From positions 120,218,001 through 120,282,000 of the forward strand of contig OZ024744.1 of assembly GCA_964016885.1 (NCBI GenBank): DNA of 64,000 bases. The letters run 5' to 3'. A program made the translations under genes and the position numbers. Below the pieces are notes generated by a model that saw only the letters and a program-made list of their open reading frames with translations, searched no databases and was not told where the DNA came from. Source of the DNA: Eledone cirrhosa (taxonomy: Eukaryota). Shown here piece after piece: positions 56,501-64,000 of the stretch; the first letter of the stretch is position 1, and the number at the start of each line of letters is the position of its first letter.

Positions 56501-59500
56501 GATTCTTTCCTGAGACATTCGAACCACATGTCTGTAGTATCAGAGCTGTGAACTCTCAATTCTCAGATTCTTTCCTGAGACATTCTAACCACATGTCACA
56601 GTATCAGAGCTGTGATCTCTCAATTCAGAGATTCGTTCCTGAGACATTCTAACCACATGTCATAGTATCAGAGCTGTGATATCTCAATTCAGAGATTCTT
56701 TCCTGAGATACTCTAACCACATGTCATAGTATCAGACCTGTCATCTCTCAATTCAGAGATTCTTTCCTGAGACATTCTAACCACATGTCATAGTATCAGA
56801 GCTGTGATCTCTTAATTTAGAGATTCTTTCATGAGATATTCTAACCACATGTCATAGTATCAGAGCTGTGATCTCTCAATTCAGAGATTCTTTCCTGAGA
56901 AATTCTAGCCACATGTCTGTAGTATCAGAGCTGTGATCTCTCAATTCAGAGATTCTTTCCTGAGACGTTCTAACTCCATGTCCACAGTATCACAGCTGTG
57001 ACCTCTCAATTCAGAGATTCTTTCCTGAGTCATTCTAACCACATGTCATAGTATGAGTGCTCTGATCTCTCAATTCAGATATTCTTTCCTAAGATATTCT
57101 GAACACATGTCATAGTATCAGAGCTGTGATCACTCAATTCAGAGATTCTTTCCTGGGATATTCTAACCACATATCATAGTATCAGAGCTGTGATCTCTCA
57201 ATTCACAGATTCTTTCCTGAGACATTCTAACCACATGTCATAGTATCAGAGCTGTGATCTCTCAATTTAGATATTCTTTCCTGAGACATTCTAACCACAT
57301 GTCATAGGATCAGATTTGTGATCTCTCAATTTAGAGATTCTTTTCTGAGATATTCTAACCACATGTCATAGTATCAGAGCTGTGATCTCTCAATTCACAG
57401 ATTCTTTCCTGAGACATTCTTACCACATGTCATAGTATCAGAGCTGTGATCTCTCAATTTAGAGATTCTTTCATGAGACATTCTAACCACATGTCATAGT
57501 ATCAGAACTGTGATCTCTCAATTCAGAGATTCTATCCTGAGACATTCTAACCACATGTCATAGTATCAGAGCTGTGATCTCTCAATTTAGAGATTCTTTC
57601 ATGAGATATTCTAACCACATGTCATAGTATCAGATCTGTGATCTCTCAATTCAGAGATTCTTTCCTGGGATATTCTAACCACATGTCATAGTATCAGAGC
57701 TGTGATCTCTCAATTTAGAGATTCTTTCCTGAGTCATTCTAACCACATGTCATAGTATCAGACCTGTCATCTCTCAATTCAGAGATTCTTTCCTGAGACA
57801 TTCTCACCACATGTCATAGTATCAGAGCTGTGATCTCTCAATTCAGAGATTCTTTCCTGAGACGTTCTAACTCCATGTGCACAGTATCAGAGCTGTGATC
57901 TCTTATTTCAGAGATTCTTTCCTGAGACATTCTAACCTCATGTCATAGTATCAGTGCTGTGATCTCTCAATTCAGATATTCTTTCCTGACACATTCTGAC
58001 CACATGTCATAGTATCAGAGCTGTGATCTCTCAATTCAGAGATTCTTTACTGGGATATTCTAACCACATGTCATAGTATCAGAGCTGTGATCTCTGAATT
58101 CAGAGATTCTTTACTGAGACGTTCATACTGCATGTCATAGTATAAGAGCTGTGATCTCTCAATTTAGAGATTCTTTCATGAGATATTCTAACCACATGTC
58201 ATAGTATCAGAGCTCTGTGCTCTCAATTCAGAGATTCTATCCTGAGACATTCTAACCACATGTCATAGTATTAGAGCTGTGATCTCCCAATTCAGAGAGT
58301 CTTTCCCGAGAAATTCTAACCACATGTCTGTAGTATAAGAGCTGTGATCTCTCAATTCAGAGATTCTTTCCTGAGACATTCTGACTCCATGTCCACACTA
58401 TCAGAGCTGTGATCTCTCAATTCAGAGATTCTTTCCTGAGATATTCTAACCACATGTCATAGTATAAGAGCTTGGATCTCTCAATTCAGAGATTCTTTCC
58501 TGGTATATTCTAACCACATGTAATAGTATCAGAGCTGTGATCTCTCAATTCAGATATTCTTTCTTAAAACATTCTAACCACATGTCATAGGATCAGAGCT
58601 GTGATCTCTCAATTCAGAGATTCTCTCCTGAGATAATCTAACCACATGTCATACTATCAGAGCTGTGTACTCTCAATTCAGAGATTCTTTCCTGAGACAT
58701 TCTAACCACATGTCACAGTATCAGAGCTGTGATCTCTCATTTCAGAGATTCTTTCCTGAGACATTCTAACCACATGTCATAGTATCAGATCTGTGATATC
58801 TCAATTCAGAGATTCTTTTCTGAGATATTCTAACCACATGACATAGTATCAGACCTGTCATCTCTCAATTCAGAGATTCTTTCCTGAGACATTCTAACCA
58901 CATGTCATAGTATTAGATCTGTGATCTCTCATTTCAGAGATTCTTTCCTGAGACATACTAACCACATGTCATAATATCAGTGCTGTGATCTGTCAATTCA
59001 GATATTCTTTTCTGAGATATTCTAACCACATGTCATATTATCAGAGCTGTGATCTCTCAATTCAGACATTCTTTACTGGGATATTCTAACCACATGTCAT
59101 AGTATCAGAGCTGTGATCTCTCAATTCAGAGATTCTTTCCTGAGACATTCTTAATGCTTGTCATAGTATAAGAGCTGTGATCTCTCAATTTAGAGATTCT
59201 TTCATGAGATATTCTAACCACATGTCATAGTATCAGAGCTCTGTGCTCTCAATTCAGAGATTCTATCCTGAGACATTCTAACCACATGTCATAGTATTAG
59301 AGCTGTTATCTCCCAATTCAGAGAGTCTTTCCTGAGAAATTCTAAACACATGTCTGTAGTATAAGAGCTGTGATCTCTCAATTCAGAGATTCTTTCCTGA
59401 GACATTCTGACACCAGGTCCACACTATCAGAGCTGTGATCTCTCAATTCAGAGATTCTTTCCTGAGACATTCTAACCACATGTCATAGTATCAGTACTGT

Positions 59501-62500
59501 GATCTCTCAATTCAGAGATTCTTTCCTGAGATATTCTAACCACATGTCATAGTATAAGAGCTTGGATCTCTCAATTCAGAGATTCTTTCCTGGTATATTC
59601 TAACCACATGTAATAGTATCAGAGCTGTGATCTCTCAATTCAGATATTCTTTCCTAAAACATTCTAACCACATGTCATAGGATCAGAGTTGTGATCTCTC
59701 AATTCAGAGATTCTCTCCTGAGATATACTAACCACATCTCATAGTATCAGAGCTGTGATCTCTCAATTGAGAGATTCTTTCCTGAGACATTCTAACCACA
59801 TGTCATAGGATCAGATTTGTGATCTCTCAATTTAGAGATTCTTTCCTGAGATATTCTAACCACATGTCATAGTATCAGAGCTGTGATCTCTCAATTCAGA
59901 GATTCTTTCCTGAGACATTCTAACCACATGTCATAGTATTGGAGATGTGATCTCTCAATTTAGAGATTCTTTCATGAGATATTCTAACCACATGTCATAG
60001 TATCAGAGCTGTCATCTCTCAATTCAGAGATTCTTTCCTGAGACATTCTAACCACATGTCAGTATCAGAGCTGTGATCTCTTAATTTAGAGATTCTTTCA
60101 TGAGATAATCTAACAACATGTCATAGTATCAGAGCTGTGATCTCTCAATTCAGAGATTCTTTCCTGAGACATTCTAACCACATGTCACAATATTAGACCC
60201 GTGATCTCTCAATTCAGAGATTCTTTCCTGAGAAATTCTAACCACATGTCATAGTATCAGAGCTGTGATCTCTCAATTCAGAGATTATTTCCTGAGACGT
60301 TCTAACTCCATGTCCACAGTATCAGAGCTGTGATCTCTCAATTCAGAGATTCTTTCCAGAGACGTTCTAACCACATGTCATAGTATCAGAGCTGTGATAC
60401 CTCAATTCAGAGATTCTTTCCTGGGACATTCTAACCACATGTCATAGTATTAGAGCTGTGATCTCTCAATTCAGAGATTCTTTCCTGAGACGTTCTAACC
60501 ACATGTCATAGTATCAGAGCTGTGATCTCTCAATTTAGATATTCTTTCCTGAGATATTCTAACCACATGTCATAGTATTAGACCTGTGATCTCTCAATTC
60601 AGAGATTCTTTCCACAGACATTCTAACCACATGTCTGTAGTATCAGAGCTGTATGCTCTCAATTCAGAGATTCTTTCCTGAGACATTCGAACCACATGTC
60701 ATAGTATTGGAGCTGTGATCTCTCAATTCAGAGATTCTTTCCTGAGACATTCTAACCACATGTCATAGTATCAGAGCTGTGATATCTCAATTCAGAGATT
60801 CTTTCCTGAGATATTCTAACCACATGTCATATTATTAGAGCTGTGATCTCTCAATTCAGAGATTCTTTCTTGAGACATTCTAACTCCATGTCCACAGTGT
60901 CTGAGCTGTGAACTCTCAATTCAGAGATACTTTCCTCAGACATTCTAACCACATCTCATAGTATCAGAGCTGTGATCTCTCTATTCAGAGATTCTTGCCT
61001 GAGACATTCTAAACACATGTCATAGTATCAGATCTGTGATCTCTCAATTCAGAGATTCTTTCCTGAGATATTCTAACCACATGTCATAGTATCAGATCTG
61101 TGATCTCTCAATTCAGAGATTCTTTCCTGAGACATTCTAATCACATGTCATAGTGTCAGAGCTGTGATCTCTTAATTTAGAGATTCTATCATGAGATAAT
61201 CTAACCACATGTCATAGTATCAGAGCTGTGATCTCTCAATTTAGAGATTATATCATGAGATAATCTAAGCACATGTCATAGGATTAGAGCTGTGATCTCT
61301 CACTTCAGAGATTCTTTCCTGAGACATTCTTACCACATGTCATAATATCAGAGCTGTGATCTCTCAATTTAGAGATTCTTTCCTGAGACATTCTAACATC
61401 ATGTCATAGTATCAGAGCTGTGATCTCTCAATTCAGTGATTCTTTCCTGAGACGTTCTAACCACATGTCATAATATCAGAGCTGTGATATCTCAATTGAG
61501 AGATTCTTTCCTGAGTATTTTAACCACATATCATAGTATCAGAGCTGTCATCTCTCAATTCAGAGATTCTTTCCTGAGACATTCTAACCACATGTCATAG
61601 TATCAGAGCTGTGATCTCTCAATTTAGAGATTTTTTCATGAGATATTCTAACCACATGTCATAATATCAGAGCTATGATCTCTCAATTCAGAGATTCTTT
61701 CCTGAGACATTCTAACCACATGTTTGTAGTATCAGAGCTGTGATCTCTCAATTCAGAGATTCTTTTCTGATACATTCTAACCACATGTCATAGTATCAGA
61801 GCTGTGATCTCTCAATTCAGAGATTCTTTCCTGGGACATTCAAACCACGTGATAGTATCAGAGCTGTGATATCTCAATTCAGAGATTCTTTCCTGAGACA
61901 TTCTAATCACATGTCATAGAATCAGAGCTGTGATCTCTCAATTTAGATATTCTTTCCTGAGATATTCTAACCACATGTCATAGTATTAGAGCTGTGATCC
62001 CTCAATTCAGAGATTCTTTCCTGAGATATTCTAACCACATGTCATAGTATCAGACCTGTCATCTCTCAATTTAGAGATTCTTTCATGAGATATTCTAACC
62101 ACATGTCATAATATCAGAGCTGTGATCTCTCAATTCAGAGATTCTTTCCTGAGAAATTCTAACCACATGTCTGTAGTATCAGAGCTGTGATCTCTCAATT
62201 CAGAGATTCTTTCCTGAGACATTCTAACTCCATGTCCACAGTATCAGAGCTGTGATCTCTCAATTCAGAGATTCTTTCCAGAGACGTTCTAACCACATGT
62301 CATAGTATCAGTGCTGTGATCTCTCAATTCAGAGATTCTTTCATGAGATATTCTAACCACATGTCATAGTATCAGAGCTGTGATCTCTCAATTCAGATAT
62401 TCTTTCCGCAGACATTTTAACCACATGTCATAGTATCAGAGCTGTGATCTCTCAATTCAGATATTCTCTCCTGAGATATTCTAACCACATGTCATAGTAT

Positions 62501-64000
62501 TAGAGCTGTGATCTCTCAATTCAGAGATTCTTTCCTGAGACATTCTAAACACATGTCATAGTATCAGATCTGTGATATCTCAATTCAGAGATTCTTTCCT
62601 GAGATATTCTAACCACATGTCATATTATCAGAGCTGTGATCTCTCAATTCAGAGATTCTTTCTTGAGACATTCTAACTCCATGTCCACAGTATCTGAGCT
62701 GTGAACTCTCAATTCAGAGATTCTTTCCTCAGACATTCTAACCACATCCCATAGTATCAGAGCTGTGATCTCTCTATTCAGAGATTCTTTCCTGAAACAT
62801 TCTAACCACATGTCATAATATCAGATCTGTGATCTCTCAATTCAGAGATTCTTTCCTGAGATATTCTAACCACATGTCATAGTATCAGATCTGTGATCTC
62901 TCAATTCAGAGATTCTTTCCTGAGACATTCTAATCACATGTCATAGTATCAGAGCTGTGATCTCTTAATTTAGAGATTCTATCATGAGATAATCTAACCA
63001 CATGTCATAGTATCAGAGCTGTGATCTCTTAATTTAGAGATTATATCATGAGATAATCTAACCACATGTCATAGTATTAGAGCTGTAATCTCTCAATTCA
63101 GAGATTCTTTCCTGAGATATTCTTACCACATGTCATAGTATCAGAGCTGTGATCTCTCAATTTAGAGATTCTTTCCTGAAACATTGTAACATCATGTCAT
63201 AGTATCAGAGCTGTGATCTCTCAATTCAGTGATTCTTTCCTGAGACGTTCTAACCACATGTCATAATATCAGAGCTGTGATATCTCAATTGTGAGATTCT
63301 TTCCTGAGTATTTTAACCACATATCATAGTATCAGAGCTGACATCTTTCAATTCAGAGATTCTTTCCTGAGATATTCTAACCACATGTCATAGTATCAGA
63401 GCTGTGATCTCTCAATTCAGAGATTCTTTCCTGAAACATTCTAACCACGTCATAGTATCAGAGCTGTGATATCTCAATTCAGAGATTCTTTCCTGAGACA
63501 TTCTAATCACATGTCATAGAATCAGAGCTGTGATCTCTCAATTTAGATATTCTTTCCTGAGATATTCTAACCACATGTCATAGTATTAGAGCTGTGATCT
63601 CTCAATTCAGAGATTCTTTCCTGAGACATTCGAACCACATGTCTGTAGTATCAGAGCTGTGAACTCTCAATTCTCAGATTCTTTCCTGAGACATTCTAAC
63701 CACATGTCACAGTATCAGAGCTGTGATCTCTCAATTCAGAGATTCGTTCCTGAGACATTCTAACCACATGTCATAGTATCAGAGCTGTGATATCTCAATT
63801 CAGAGATTCTTTCCTGAGATACTCTAACCACATGTCATAGTATCAGACCTGTCATCTCTCAATTCAGAGATTCTTTCCTGAGACATTCTAACCACATGTC
63901 ATAGTATCAGAGCTGTGATCTCTTTATTTAGAGATTCTTTCATGAGATATTCTAACCTCATGTCATAGTATCAGAGCTGTGATCTCTCAATTCAGAGAGT
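44600..64000 (+). repeat. Nested large higher-order repeat domain (offsets 2050, 4803, 6852, 7304 and about 14,000 bp)
   Basis: TGTCAGTATC at 45901/52753/60057; CAAACCACGTGATAG at 47685/54537/61841; TAATGCTTG at 45061/59152; ACCACATCCC at 48841/62741; TGAGTGCTC at 52251/57054; TCTAGCCACA at 50051/52101. Confidence 0.88.

Larger units (their letters stand above)
1..64000 (+). repeat. Tandem satellite array, 64-bp monomer, about 1,000 head-to-tail copies, running off both window ends
   Basis: Monomer 1 spans 1-64 and monomer 2 restarts with CAATTCAGAG at 65. The same unit continues in the same orientation to 64000, with a few substitutions per copy and small indels (62-65 bp variants). No non-satellite insert was seen. 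Confidence 0.99.

Noticed and set aside
1-64000. CRISPR array (64-bp period with a palindromic repeat part)
   Set aside because: The period and dyad resemble repeat plus spacer, but the whole 64 bp is conserved between units. There are no unique spacers, no leader and no cas genes.
1-64000. Alpha satellite / CENP-B box, beta satellite or HSat2/3
   Set aside because: The monomer is 64 bp, not 171 or 68 bp. The CENP-B box needs two CpGs, which the consensus lacks. There is no CATTC pentamer periodicity beyond one CATTC per monomer.
1-64000. Embedded transposon, tRNA/SINE-derived unit, G-quadruplex or telomeric repeat
   Set aside because: I found no foreign stretch longer than about 12 bp, no TSD/TIR or poly-A, no convincing Pol III A/B boxes, and no clustered G-runs.
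1-64000. Tandem-repeat protein gene on either strand
   Set aside because: The 64-bp unit is not a multiple of 3 and contains several stop codons (TGA, TAA, TAG), and the ORF track has nothing longer than 64 aa.

Overview
The whole 64 kb window is one uninterrupted, single-orientation tandem satellite array of about 1,000 copies of a 64-bp monomer. The consensus read by eye is CAATTCAGAGATTCTTTCCTGAGACATTCTAACCACATGTCATAGTATCAGAGCTGTGATCTCT (25/64 G+C, no CpG). I see no genes, RNA genes, transposon insertions or CRISPR spacers, and the single 64-aa ORF is an artefact of the repeat. The structure lies in the variants. Each monomer junction carries an 18-bp quasi-palindrome. Multi-monomer tandem duplications are nested, with periods of 256, 756, 962, 1348, 2050, 2113, 2235, 4361, 4803, 6852/7304 and about 14,000 bp. 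An older ordered run of about 8 monomer types recurs across the window, variant families are regionally confined, and a few monomers are rearranged (a micro-inversion, a templated insertion and deletions). This looks like eukaryotic heterochromatic satellite DNA. Monomer length and CpG poverty match published descriptions of the primate acrocentric satellite WaluSat, but I cannot verify that identity without a database search. Offsets were measured by eye from marker variants, so block edges are approximate.
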